Part shown: positions 31,801-41,182 of the stretch, piece by piece
Layout: each line of letters opens with the position of its first letter
Numbering within the stretch: position 1 is the first letter of the stretch
Program-made: the position numbers and the translations under genes
DNA from: Candidatus Paceibacter sp.
GTDB taxonomy: Bacteria > Patescibacteriota > Patescibacteriia > Magasanikbacterales > UBA922
Assembly (NCBI GenBank): GCA_020725175.1
Contig: DYFM01000006.1
Span: 2,190-66,189, forward strand
DNA length: 64,000 nt
Direction of reading: 5' to 3'
Notes under the pieces: generated by a model
Databases searched by the model: none
Seen by the model: only the letters and a program-made list of their open reading frames with translations
What the model was told of the DNA's origin: nothing

Positions 31801-34402
31801 AATTTTCATCGGTTGAGGTAGTGTTTGGGAAGGTAAACGCAACAGTTGAAGAAGTCAATGTAGAAATAGTCAATGCTCCGGGAGCGGTCGGGTCTTTGGT
31901 ATCGATTGCAAAAGCCGAAGTAGTTGCCGTCGTGCCATTTTCCGTGCCGTCGTTGGGGGTGAAACGCAGATAGATGGTTGATGTGGCGGTGTCAGGGATA
32001 TCAACGCCGATATTCCAGGTTGTCGTAACAGTAACGGTATTGGATGGCGCAATATCCGTTGCAATGTTGTACACGCGCCCGGCAGCGGTATTGGGTGCAC
32101 CGGTACTTGCTTCTACCGAACCAATTGTTGAGGAAGCCCACGTAACTCCATCGGTAGAATACTCAATTGAAAATTCGGTAATATCACCGTCAGTGTCTGA
32201 AATGGTGGTAGTGACAGTAACGAAGTTGGCGGAGGTTTGGGAGGGGGTGGAGGTGGTGAGGGTGGGGACATTATTATTATCAAAAAGTGCTAAAGAATAG
32301 TCGACAATACCATTGTGTGAAGAATCATATGGAGAGCCTGTCATAGGAAAATCAGCTGCGGGAGTCTTTGATACAAGTAATACCTGATTACTTGGGTTTA
32401 CAATAACATCCGCGACGATTTCATGTCCGGTTCCACCTAAGTATGATGACCCTAACAAGACATTTAATTCACTATTCATTTTAGCAATATACATATCTGC
32501 AGTAAAAGCTGCATCGCTAAAATTTTTATCATAGGAATCAGTGGTCGTAGGAAAAGCATTGGCGTACGTCTCCGTAAAAAAATAAACGCTTCCACTATCA
32601 TCTACCGTAACCTTTGGATTTAATAGAAAGGTATTCCCCTCTTGTCCAATATATGTAGAGTATTGAAGTGAGGTTAAGTCAGACGAAAAAGCACTCAATG
32701 CAACCGCATACTCAGCATGAGAAGTGGTATCATATGCTCCTGGTGTAGTTGAGGCAAATTCACCATTTTTACTTGTAGCCACATAAATTCTTTGGTTTAT
32801 CCTATCAAATGCTAAAGATTTCGCATCTGACCACAAATACGTTCCACTAACCAAGTTTTGTAGATTAGACGATAAAATACCAATATACCCTGCGGGAACA
32901 GAGCTGCCTTTTGGGACACTACTATAGGCACCTAAGCTCGTTTGAAAACCTGAACCAATATGACCTAAAAAAACTACTGTGTCAGACGCGGTAATTTCTG
33001 CATCAACAAACGTTTCACTATCACCTGTTCCTATGAATGTACCCGCATCATGTGTCTGCAAGTCAGAGGATAATTTTAAAACAAAAATATCACTAGACCC
33101 ATTGTGCGTATCATCAAACGAAGGAGTGGATGTAGGTGCATTACCTCCAGAGGTACCTACCACATACACACTTGTACCAGCATCATTTACAAGCACCTTA
33201 CCGTACACATCACCAACTACTCGAGAAGCAGTAAGAGAAGATAGATTATTGTTAAACTTAACAATATACCCGTTTGATGATAATGGGTCATACAACAATG
33301 CCGCCGTTGTGGTTGGAAAATCTGTACTAGCACTTTGCCCAGACAAATATACACTACCACTCGAATCTATAGCAATACTAGACACTTGATCTGAGTCGGA
33401 ACCTCCTATATAGGTACTCGCTAATAATTGTTGTAAATTACTAGACAACTTACTCACTACCACATCATTTACTCCTGTGTGTGTATTTGAATAAGGTGTT
33501 CCGCTCATCGGAAAATCCACGCTTGCGGTATACCCTGCAACAAATATATTCCCATTTGAGTCTATCGCCACATTACCTCCGTTTTCCTCATCTGTACCCC
33601 CCAAAAAAGTAGAAGCAGTTAAATTGGAGAGAATTGGATCAATAATTAGTGGAAAATTCTGATCATAAGATGCTACTGAAAATACTAGTTCTTGGTTATT
33701 TTTTACTACATATTCTGCAGGCACCTCAATTATTTTTCCGTCCTTTACTTGGTAAGAATAAGGAGCATCATGTGTAAATTTCTGATCACCTATCATAACA
33801 ACAACTTTCCCTTCTTCTACTACCATCAAATTATCAATTCCATTAAACTGAACACTAAATTTTTCTACCGGAAACAGTGCAGGAACAATTATATTATACT
33901 TTACCGTATTTTTATTGAACAAAAACTCAACCTCAACACCCGCTTTGTTTCTATAAACAATTTTTTCGTATGTGGGAATATCTGAAAAATGATCCTTACC
34001 TCGAAATTCACTTACTGTCATACCACCCCTTTCCTCAGCGACCAACTCATACCCACCTTCCTCAAGAAATGGAAACCACATATGATAAACAACTTCCTTC
34101 AGAACACCTTCATATTCTTCCACGTTTTGAATAACAACCTTATCCTGCAAAAAATATATCCCACCATTTTTGTTTTTTTGATAAAATTTTATATCATCTG
34201 GAGCTTGACCAATATTTTCAAGAAAAATCGAATTATTCAAGTTTTTTACAGCATTTTCTACCTCTTCAATATCAACATTATTTTTTGTTGAAATCTGTGT
34301 ATCTGTGCCTACGTTCTTTTGAACAATTTTAGTACCCAAAAAAAGTATAGACACTAATCCTACTGTAATTAAAGCTAATAAAAAAAACTTTTTCTTGTTC
34401 AT
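28823..34402 (-). CDS. large surface protein: SBBP-type beta-propeller, Fn3/Ig-like repeats, Pro/acidic linkers, C-terminal TM and carboxypeptidase-regulatory-like domains
   Basis: LIIDP + STFLGG repeats, LTPNTVYYF, TD.KGRY motifs, signal peptide. Confidence 0.8.
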   Translation of the reverse strand: MNKKKFFLLALITVGLVSILFLGTKIVQKNVGTDTQISTKNNVDIEEVENAVKNLNNSIFLENIGQAPDDIKFYQKNKNGGIYFLQDKVVIQNVEEYEGVLKEVVYHMWFPFLEEGGYELVAEERGGMTVSEFRGKDHFSDIPTYEKIVYRNKAGVEVEFLFNKNTVKYNIIVPALFPVEKFSVQFNGIDNLMVVEEGKVVVMIGDQKFTHDAPYSYQVKDGKIIEVPAEYVVKNNQELVFSVASYDQNFPLIIDPILSNLTASTFLGGTDEENGGNVAIDSNGNIFVAGYTASVDFPMSGTPYSNTHTGVNDVVVSKLSSNLQQLLASTYIGGSDSDQVSSIAIDSSGSVYLSGQSASTDFPTTTAALLYDPLSSNGYIVKFNNNLSSLTASRVVGDVYGKVLVNDAGTSVYVVGTSGGNAPTSTPSFDDTHNGSSDIFVLKLSSDLQTHDAGTFIGTGDSETFVDAEITASDTVVFLGHIGSGFQTSLGAYSSVPKGSSVPAGYIGILSSNLQNLVSGTYLWSDAKSLAFDRINQRIYVATSKNGEFASTTPGAYDTTSHAEYAVALSAFSSDLTSLQYSTYIGQEGNTFLLNPKVTVDDSGSVYFFTETYANAFPTTTDSYDKNFSDAAFTADMYIAKMNSELNVLLGSSYLGGTGHEIVADVIVNPSNQVLLVSKTPAADFPMTGSPYDSSHNGIVDYSLALFDNNNVPTLTTSTPSQTSANFVTVTTTISDTDGDITEFSIEYSTDGVTWASSTIGSVEASTGAPNTAAGRVYNIATDIAPSNTVTVTTTWNIGVDIPDTATSTIYLRFTPNDGTENGTTATTSAFAIDTKDPTAPGALTISTLTSSTVAFTFPNTTSTDENFTEYKIHYSTSTPLTTSTNAFTSSTDANLASSTFGGQPTSETFTGLTPNTVYYFNIFAYDSWGYFNSSTEFSTTTKAALPLNLTAASTASSSITFTVGANGNPTSTEYYVATLDNAKNSGWTASTTLSISDLTCETEYTFRAKARNSATVETDWTATIAVTTGACPGTPAVTLSSAALSLSEGGSSGSYTVVLNTAPTDSVTIALGVSSGSQVTLSTASLTFTTLNWSTAQTVTVTPVDDTTVEGAHSVTISHTATSNDADYHGITIGSVTVTLSDNDSSGGGAPPGGNNPPPPPPIDPVDGEDPPVCDETIEQCEEDEDFLPRNRLIRLLQVGKPTSLPTMTMVNSRDVVLLLDTSYANTVALFESLEPSSDFSSVSYQTNDQEQIPWQLTDVQGKHCINGKFRNTGPKIYEYATYLCVTLDTIPPEPPTIGAVHSGIVNKIKKSPPVISGKTEPYATVVIKKEKRIMSAALVSVSTLRVAVATTYYTTANNKGNWSFTFPTYFDTGDYALTVAAQDKAGNVSSGSVATLTITEAAEAPIDQPETPQDEEPLDSVEPEPTPIDLPIDTPTDTPENPSNNPVGGYPDSTPIDTPVTGSSGSGSSGLPLNTTGEDEGGLPSTDIFTPIESQEEGSENLDERTGESIGSISGWRSIEERYRAAALALKPLTDRIKRFTDNPEVERVNQRIAAPVAAVAAVANVATGFGTSLLLILRHLFTQPIMLFRLKRRKKWGVVYNGFTKQPLDLAVVRLLDAKTGTIKESRVTDMKGRYLFIVDPGEYRIEVTKQGFQGISEHLKYVQDDGVYTHVYHGDTISVQGKNDVVGVNIPLTPIDQVRPVTDVLREHGRRIGHTAASKIGIALAVLSFVISPTPLMVTLLALHVGLFFGFRWYVYRPLPDSFGVVRDVVSRKPLAQTVVRIFDAAYNKLVDTKITDSKGRYAALVGPSTYYVTYEKPAYEKKQTEPMDFTVEAKLRGGAIIARNEQLQQEEQKR

Positions 34403-34495
34403 AAACAATTTCACTGAACATATTATAAAGCATTTCTGTTTAAACTACAAGAAAAGAGGTTGATAACCTCTTTTCTAACAATATATAATATATTT

Positions 34496-36649
34496 CTATC
34501 TTCTAACCGATCTTTGCCCAGCCCAACTTCTTGAATATACAGTTACTTCTTTTTCTGACAACACCTTTCGATTTACTGTATCATACAAACGAACACGATA
34601 CTTATCTGACATAACATTCATCGAGTAAGTGTAGGTCGTAAGTAGCGAAAAACCATCAGTAGGATTTGGACCAGAAATAATCGTTGGATACACCGTAATA
34701 CCTTGTGAATTTTTCCATTCCACCTTTATCTCTCCACTTAACAGTTTATCGTACGCAACAATTCCAGGATAAACAGAGATCTCAATCATCTGTCCTTGGT
34801 ACAATGTATTCTTGTCTGTATTAAGAATATAGACAACTTCTTTACTCTTAATTTCAAAAGCAGAACTTTGTGCAACAACGGTATTGAGCTTGTTTCGAAC
34901 TTCCACTACATACTTTCCAGGCAAAAGATTACTTGTACTATATAAAAAGTAAGTATGACCATTTGAAAGACTGGTGGTAATGGCTGGCAATAATGAAACC
35001 TGATTCAATTCGTTTCTAATATACGAAGTAAAGCCATAAGTTAAATCGCCCGGGACACTCACGGCAACAGGTTCTTGCTGTTCATAAAAAGGTAAAGCTC
35101 CCTCAACTGGCAGAATATGAAAAGCTGAAACAGGAGTTGCCCCTGCAGTACCGTTTAACTTAGTTACAAAACCATCCTCCGCACCTTCGTCTAAAGAGTG
35201 ATTTTTTTGAAAAGCATTAGGAGAAACCGGAAAATCATAACTCTGCGTGTTACCTACAACCACAATACTAGAATTTGGACTAATGATAATTTCAGACCCT
35301 GAATCATACGAACTACCACCCAAATAGGTTCCTGATACAACATTGGTTAGAGTTGAATTATAATTTAGCACAACTGCATCTGCTATACCATTAATAGTGG
35401 TATCATACCCGCTTACTAAACTTGTATTTGGATCTAAAAATTTTGTTCCAGCAACATACACATCTCCAATCGAAGTCACCTTAACACTGTTTAAAGAAGC
35501 TGTGAGTACTGAGTTCATTACTGCACCTAGCGAACTTGAAAATTTAGTTACAAACCCACCTCTTAAACCTGAAGGACTATTAACAGGATTAACGGTAGAA
35601 GGAAAATTTGTACTCAAAGTTTTTCCCACAACATATACGTGACCACTAGAATCAAGAGCTATATCTTCTGGATAATCCTCATCTTTTCCACCTAGATAAG
35701 AAAAAGCTTGCACGCTTGAAAAATCAGAACTAATCTTTGCCACAAACACATCACTTTGAGACGGATAAGTAGAATTAAAACTCACATCATATCCATTTCC
35801 AGGTACAGCAGAAAAGTATTTACTCGTAGTTAAACCTGTCACATACATAGATCCATCACCAGCCAACACAATACCTCGTAAATCATCTTTTCCGTTTGTT
35901 CCACCAACAAATGTACTTTTTAATAAAGTTGATAAAGAATTGTTAAGCTTTGCCATAAACCCTTCAGTATATCCACCATGAACAGTTTTTAACGTACCAA
36001 CAGTGACCGGAAAATCGGAACTTTCTGTTTGCCCCACGACATAGACTGACCCAACAGAATCTATGGCGATATCATCTATTTCGTCTGTATTTGTACCACC
36101 AATAAATGTGGATGCCATCAAAGATGTTAAGTCAGGATTTAATTTACTAACAAAACCCACTGTTCCCCAAAGTCCTTGACTATACCCATCATAAACCGTG
36201 TCATAAGCACCTGAAGTTACTGGGAATTCAAAACTTCCTGTAAACCCAGCAATAAATATATTTCCACTTGTGTCTAGAGCAATAGCCTTCCCAACCCCAC
36301 CTCCACCAATAAAAGTACTCGCTAAAACAGTCGACAAGTCAGAACTAAATCTTGTAATATAGACATCAGAAGGTACATTATTTTCCTGACTGATTACAGT
36401 TGAATATGCGTTTGTTGTGACTGGGAATCCAGGAGAATTTGTGTTACCAACTACATAAATAGTTCCATCACCAGCAACCTTCACATCATTAATCTTATCC
36501 CAAGCTGAACTACCCAAGTAAGATGAAGCAGATAAAGTACTCAAACTGGCAGCCTGAGTAGTAGGTACAAAACAAAACAAAGAGAGAATAATTCCTAACG
36601 TTACCAAACCAGCACCTCTCACTAACGAATAAATTCGGGCAACTAACAT
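34496..36649 (-). CDS. secreted SBBP-repeat beta-propeller protein
   Basis: repeated STFIGG...D..G.VYV.G.T.S.DFP units. Confidence 0.82.
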   Translation of the reverse strand: MLVARIYSLVRGAGLVTLGIILSLFCFVPTTQAASLSTLSASSYLGSSAWDKINDVKVAGDGTIYVVGNTNSPGFPVTTNAYSTVISQENNVPSDVYITRFSSDLSTVLASTFIGGGGVGKAIALDTSGNIFIAGFTGSFEFPVTSGAYDTVYDGYSQGLWGTVGFVSKLNPDLTSLMASTFIGGTNTDEIDDIAIDSVGSVYVVGQTESSDFPVTVGTLKTVHGGYTEGFMAKLNNSLSTLLKSTFVGGTNGKDDLRGIVLAGDGSMYVTGLTTSKYFSAVPGNGYDVSFNSTYPSQSDVFVAKISSDFSSVQAFSYLGGKDEDYPEDIALDSSGHVYVVGKTLSTNFPSTVNPVNSPSGLRGGFVTKFSSSLGAVMNSVLTASLNSVKVTSIGDVYVAGTKFLDPNTSLVSGYDTTINGIADAVVLNYNSTLTNVVSGTYLGGSSYDSGSEIIISPNSSIVVVGNTQSYDFPVSPNAFQKNHSLDEGAEDGFVTKLNGTAGATPVSAFHILPVEGALPFYEQQEPVAVSVPGDLTYGFTSYIRNELNQVSLLPAITTSLSNGHTYFLYSTSNLLPGKYVVEVRNKLNTVVAQSSAFEIKSKEVVYILNTDKNTLYQGQMIEISVYPGIVAYDKLLSGEIKVEWKNSQGITVYPTIISGPNPTDGFSLLTTYTYSMNVMSDKYRVRLYDTVNRKVLSEKEVTVYSRSWAGQRSVRR

Positions 36650-36851
36650 AGTGTCCGTTTTAAATAATAAAGAATGATAAGCCATAGGGCATGTAGTTAT
36701 ATAATCACAAAAAAGCCTCATAGTAAAGCATAAAATTCACTATCTGTCAATGGCAGAGAAATACACGCACCTGAAAATTTGCTTAAAACAAAAGAAATAC
36801 CTAACAAATAGGTATTTCTTACCTTGTGGATAACTCTTCTGTATCCTGTAT

Positions 36852-37496
36852 TTATTCACCAAGCTGCTCCGCCACTTCGGCCGCAAAATCAGTCGATTTC
36901 TTTTCAATTCCTTCGCCAAGTTCATACCGCACAAACCGACGAACTGAGATCTTTTCACCAATTTCCGCTGTCTTTTCCGTCAACAACTGTTCAATAGTTT
37001 TTTCTTCATCCTTGATAAACGGTTGTTCGAGAAGACACACTTCCGAATAGTACTTCCCCATCTTACCTTCCACAATCTTTTCAATCATCGCTTCCGGCTT
37101 TCCTTCCGCTTTCAACTGTTCTGTATACACTTCTTTCTCTCGCGCAATCATATCTCCAGATACTTCTTCGCGAGTCGTACACTTGGGAGCTGCTGCCGCA
37201 ATATGCATGGCGATATCATTGCAGAGCTCTTTAAATTTGTCAGTTTTAGCCACAAAGTCGGTCTCACAGTTTACTTCCACCAATACGCCGATTTTTCCGG
37301 CACCGTGAATATAACTGTACACCAAGCCTTCGGCCGCTACTTTGTCAGCCCGCTTGGCAGCTTTTGCAATACCTTTTTTCCGCAAAAGATCTACCGCTTG
37401 TTCATAGTTTCCACCAGCCTCATCCAGCGCTTTTTTACAATCAAGCATCCCAGCGCCAGTCTGCGCGCGAAGTTTTGCAATATCAGAAGTTGACAT
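36852..37496 (-). CDS. tsf: elongation factor Ts (short form)
   Basis: [26 protein letters not shown]. Confidence 0.97.
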   Translation of the reverse strand: MSTSDIAKLRAQTGAGMLDCKKALDEAGGNYEQAVDLLRKKGIAKAAKRADKVAAEGLVYSYIHGAGKIGVLVEVNCETDFVAKTDKFKELCNDIAMHIAAAAPKCTTREEVSGDMIAREKEVYTEQLKAEGKPEAMIEKIVEGKMGKYYSEVCLLEQPFIKDEEKTIEQLLTEKTAEIGEKISVRRFVRYELGEGIEKKSTDFAAEVAEQLGE

Positions 37497-37752
37497 AGTT
37501 GTTGAAGAATTAAGCAGAATAGGCAGAATAGGCAGAGTAAGCATTGATTTTTTAGAAGTATCAACACTCACATAGCATCCTCTAAGCTGCAAGATTTACT
37601 TTAAAAATTTGACTATATATAGTGGTAGTAGCCTGTACAACTATCTATATAAAACAGAACACCGGTCAAAACAAATGCACAATCTACCTAATCTGCTTAT
37701 TCTACCTACGCACCCTTTTCACCACCATTAATTTCTTTATTTCGCTATATTA

Positions 37753-38481
37753 TTATTTCGCCACCTCTTTATTCTCCTGCTTCACAAGGGCATTGTTTCT
37801 CATTTCCTTCCCCTCTTTCACCGCTTCCGCCACCAGGTTAACCATGAGAGTAATAGATTTTACCGCATCATCGTTCGCAGGAATAATATAATCTGCCTTG
37901 AGAGGGTTTGCATTTGTATCGGTAATACCGATAATTTCCACACCGGTTTTTCCCGCCTCAGTCACAGCGGTTTTTTCTCTCTGAAGTGATGGAAGAAAAA
38001 TCGCATCCGGCATTTTGGTCAGCGTTACCAAACCACCGAGAGACTGGTCTTGTTTTTCGAGTTTTTTGTTAATTTCCAGTTGTTCTTTTTTGGTATATTT
38101 ACCAAGCTCTCCGGCTTCTTGCTGCTTCTTGAGAGAAACATACGACATGATCATGCGGTGGATTTCCGGGAAATTGGTCAACATACCGCCGATCCATCGG
38201 TCGGTAAGATACGGCATACCACAGTCAATCGCCGCCGCTTTGACGATATCACGTGCTTGCGGTTTGGTCGTGACAAACAAAATGGTTTTTCCTTCTGAAA
38301 CCATGCGAGTAATAGCCGCCAAGGTTTCTTGCAGTTTTACCTGAGTTTTTTCCAGATCAATTACATGAACACCATTTCGATCGGTGTAAATGTATGGCTT
38401 CATTTTTGGATGCCAGCGAGACTTCTGATGACCGAAGTGTACTCCGGCCTGCAGCATCTCCAAGATGCTTGGTAATTTCAT
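37753..38481 (-). CDS. rpsB: 30S ribosomal protein S2
   Basis: AGVHFGH..RWHPKM, RWIGGMLTNF, PANDD. Confidence 0.98.
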   Translation of the reverse strand: MKLPSILEMLQAGVHFGHQKSRWHPKMKPYIYTDRNGVHVIDLEKTQVKLQETLAAITRMVSEGKTILFVTTKPQARDIVKAAAIDCGMPYLTDRWIGGMLTNFPEIHRMIMSYVSLKKQQEAGELGKYTKKEQLEINKKLEKQDQSLGGLVTLTKMPDAIFLPSLQREKTAVTEAGKTGVEIIGITDTNANPLKADYIIPANDDAVKSITLMVNLVAEAVKEGKEMRNNALVKQENKEVAK

Positions 38482-38573
38482 ACTATTTCCTTTTTACCTC
38501 CTTTCCTTCTACCGTCCGAAGGGTCGGACAGAGGAAATATGTGGGAAAGTGAGGGATAAATAAATGTGGCGAC

Positions 38574-38602
38574 AGTATAAATGATGAGAGGATGTTTGTC
38601 AA
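38574..38602 (-). promoter_or_regulatory. rpsB promoter TTGACA-17-TATACT
   Basis: consensus boxes about 90 nt upstream of the rpsB start; DnaA-like ttatccacg at 38611. Confidence 0.8.
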
Positions 38603-38736
38603 TACGATAGTTATCCACGGTGAACACTGATTTCTTTTCGAACCTTTTTAATACTCGTTCTAAACACTTACTCCTTGTTTACAACGCAAAAAACATGCTA
38701 TACTACGACCTTGAAGACTCTTCTCACTTTTTTTAT

Positions 38737-39510
38737 ATGCCTGAACAAGAACCAGGTTTCAGCCCCCAAACTCCCTGGCACAAAACCTCAGGTGGTTTGG
38801 TATTTGTAGGAACCATTGGAACAATTATTACCATTTGTCTCATCTTTTTTTTGTACACGGTCTATTTTATTTGGCAAGTAAAGTACGGAGATGCCGAAAA
38901 AGCGGCTCGCAGTGTAAACCCAAACTTTTCTTCACTCGCCACCAGTACCGATGCCATGCCTATCTCCCCTGCCGTCATGCCGGTAGAGCAATTTATTCAA
39001 ACAACCAATCCTGTTCAAGGACAACCTGAAGCACCCCTTACCATCGTTGTTTTTATTGATTTTGAATGTCCTTTTTGTCAAGCATCACACCCCATTTTTA
39101 CCAATGTTGTAAAACAATTTGGACCAGCAGTAAAAGTGGTATTCAAACATTTCCCGATCACCGCACTTCATCCCAATGCCATACAAGTCGCCAATGCCGC
39201 CGAATGTGCCGGAGCACAAGGGAAGTTTTGGGAATTTTATACTCAAGTATTTGACCGTAAACTTACCACTGAGCAAGCTATCAGCGAGTACGCGACAAAT
39301 CTCAACTTAAACCTAACAACCTTCGCCGCTTGTAGAAACGCAGAACCATTTCAAAACCGCATTGAACAAGATATAAAAGATGGCTTGACACTGCAAGTTC
39401 GTGGCACCCCCACCTACTTTGTCAACAATACCAAAATTGAAGGAGTGATTTCCGAAACCGATTGGAGTATTATTTTAATTGAAGAATTGAAAAAAATGAC
39501 ACAGCAGTAG
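38737..39510 (+). CDS. DsbA-family thiol-disulfide oxidoreductase
   Basis: DFECPFC, KHFP, GTPT; N-terminal TM. Confidence 0.92.
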   Translation: MPEQEPGFSPQTPWHKTSGGLVFVGTIGTIITICLIFFLYTVYFIWQVKYGDAEKAARSVNPNFSSLATSTDAMPISPAVMPVEQFIQTTNPVQGQPEAPLTIVVFIDFECPFCQASHPIFTNVVKQFGPAVKVVFKHFPITALHPNAIQVANAAECAGAQGKFWEFYTQVFDRKLTTEQAISEYATNLNLNLTTFAACRNAEPFQNRIEQDIKDGLTLQVRGTPTYFVNNTKIEGVISETDWSIILIEELKKMTQQ

Positions 39511-39745
39511 TGGGCACTACAATACGGGATCACAGGAACACTACAGCACTACATGACTGCGGTACTAGTAAACGAGATGGTTGAGGGAGGGAATCTATCG
39601 AAATACTGTACAACTATTTAGAATATGCAACCAATTTCGATATTTCCCTATTTCGTTGTTTCTTAGTTTCTTTATTTCCCTATTTCTTTATTTCCTTATT
39701 TCGATATTTCTCTATTTCGATATTTCGTTGTCTCTTTCACCACCT

Positions 39746-41170
39746 ATGAAAAAACGCATTCTCTTCCTATTAATCATCATTCTCATAGGAAACATTTTCC
39801 TCACCTCAAATGTTCATGCCCAGCTCGATCAACGCTGTTGGACAAAACAAGAATGTATTGACGCTCGAAAAGAAAGTGCCAAGCCCTTTGAAATGACTGA
39901 AGCTGAAGCTGCAGATGGGTTTTACAACGAGCCGGACGCAGTGGCGATATGCGGTGAAAAGAGTGCTGCCGGTGAAGAAATGGGATTTTGTCTACCTTCT
40001 TACAAAACAAAGACCCAAATCAAGTTTGGCGGTAATGATACGTTTCTCCACATGGGAGAATTCATTCAATTTATGTACCGCTATGGTATTTGGATTGTCG
40101 GACTAGCAGCGGTATTTATGATTATTGTCGCCGGCTTCCAACGATTGACATCGGGTGGAAATCCTGATAGCATTCAATCTTCGAACAAAAAAATTACCGG
40201 GTCAATTATAGGGGTCACGCTCGCGGTTACCTCGTATCTTATTTTGAATACCATCAATCCAGCTCTCGTAAATTTACGCCTCCCGCAGATCTGGATGGTG
40301 AATCCGCAGGCTCTAACGCCATCATTTTGTTCTGAACTTGATGATACTCAACTGGTAGCTCCACTTGGCCCTTCCGGACAACAGTACAGCAATGAACAGA
40401 AGGAGACAGCTTACAAAAGCAGTATTGCTTCCAGCGCATTCCAACCGATTTCCCAAGCAAAACCAAAATGCGGAACAGATTTTCTCGTTGACGGTGCCGG
40501 CAGCGCCACCTGTTCCGGAACATTTTGTAAAGAAGGTGGTGGACAGGTGTGTTTTCAAGGTGTGAATAATAATGATAAAGTACCAACCTGTAAAAAAGGA
40601 AATATTGCCGGGCTTGTTTACAATTCAAACATTTTTGCCGATACGTTTATTGGAGCATTAAATGAAGACTTTGAATGGCCATGGGTAACTGATCCAATTA
40701 CACCTGGTCAAGATGCTTTAGACTTAGAAGCAACCTGCATGGATGGCACACTGATTGAAAACATTGTTTCACTAGAGGACCTCTCTACTTACGATGACAT
40801 TAAGAAAATACAATTCTATTCTTTATCCATAAGTGAGAATGAAATATCTGAAACAATAGATACATGCTCATCGCACGGCGGATTAAAAGGATTTATGCTT
40901 GACATGTCATTCAATGAAGATTTTGCACTTGACAGTGAGGACCATTATATAGTTAATAATTCTTCACGAGTAGGAATTGACTTAGGAGATTTAGCCGCAT
41001 TTAAAAAAACTAGACTTACCACACCAAAAGAAATGTTCATTTCTCCTGATGATTTAAGACAAGGAATACAGTTGGATATTAATGCAGGAAAAGTTTGTGA
41101 CATTGATAACGCTTTCGAAGATGGACACCCAAGAAGAAAACAATGTTATGGAAAATATGGTTATGAATAA
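39746..41170 (+). CDS. Cys-rich membrane protein with a CPR pilin-like (TrbC/VirB2-type) TM hairpin
   Basis: IIVAGF..LTSGGN...I..SIIG..LA..SY.IL..INP motif; many Cys; signal peptide. Confidence 0.7.
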   Translation: MKKRILFLLIIILIGNIFLTSNVHAQLDQRCWTKQECIDARKESAKPFEMTEAEAADGFYNEPDAVAICGEKSAAGEEMGFCLPSYKTKTQIKFGGNDTFLHMGEFIQFMYRYGIWIVGLAAVFMIIVAGFQRLTSGGNPDSIQSSNKKITGSIIGVTLAVTSYLILNTINPALVNLRLPQIWMVNPQALTPSFCSELDDTQLVAPLGPSGQQYSNEQKETAYKSSIASSAFQPISQAKPKCGTDFLVDGAGSATCSGTFCKEGGGQVCFQGVNNNDKVPTCKKGNIAGLVYNSNIFADTFIGALNEDFEWPWVTDPITPGQDALDLEATCMDGTLIENIVSLEDLSTYDDIKKIQFYSLSISENEISETIDTCSSHGGLKGFMLDMSFNEDFALDSEDHYIVNNSSRVGIDLGDLAAFKKTRLTTPKEMFISPDDLRQGIQLDINAGKVCDIDNAFEDGHPRRKQCYGKYGYE

Positions 41171-41182
41171 ACAAACAATAAT

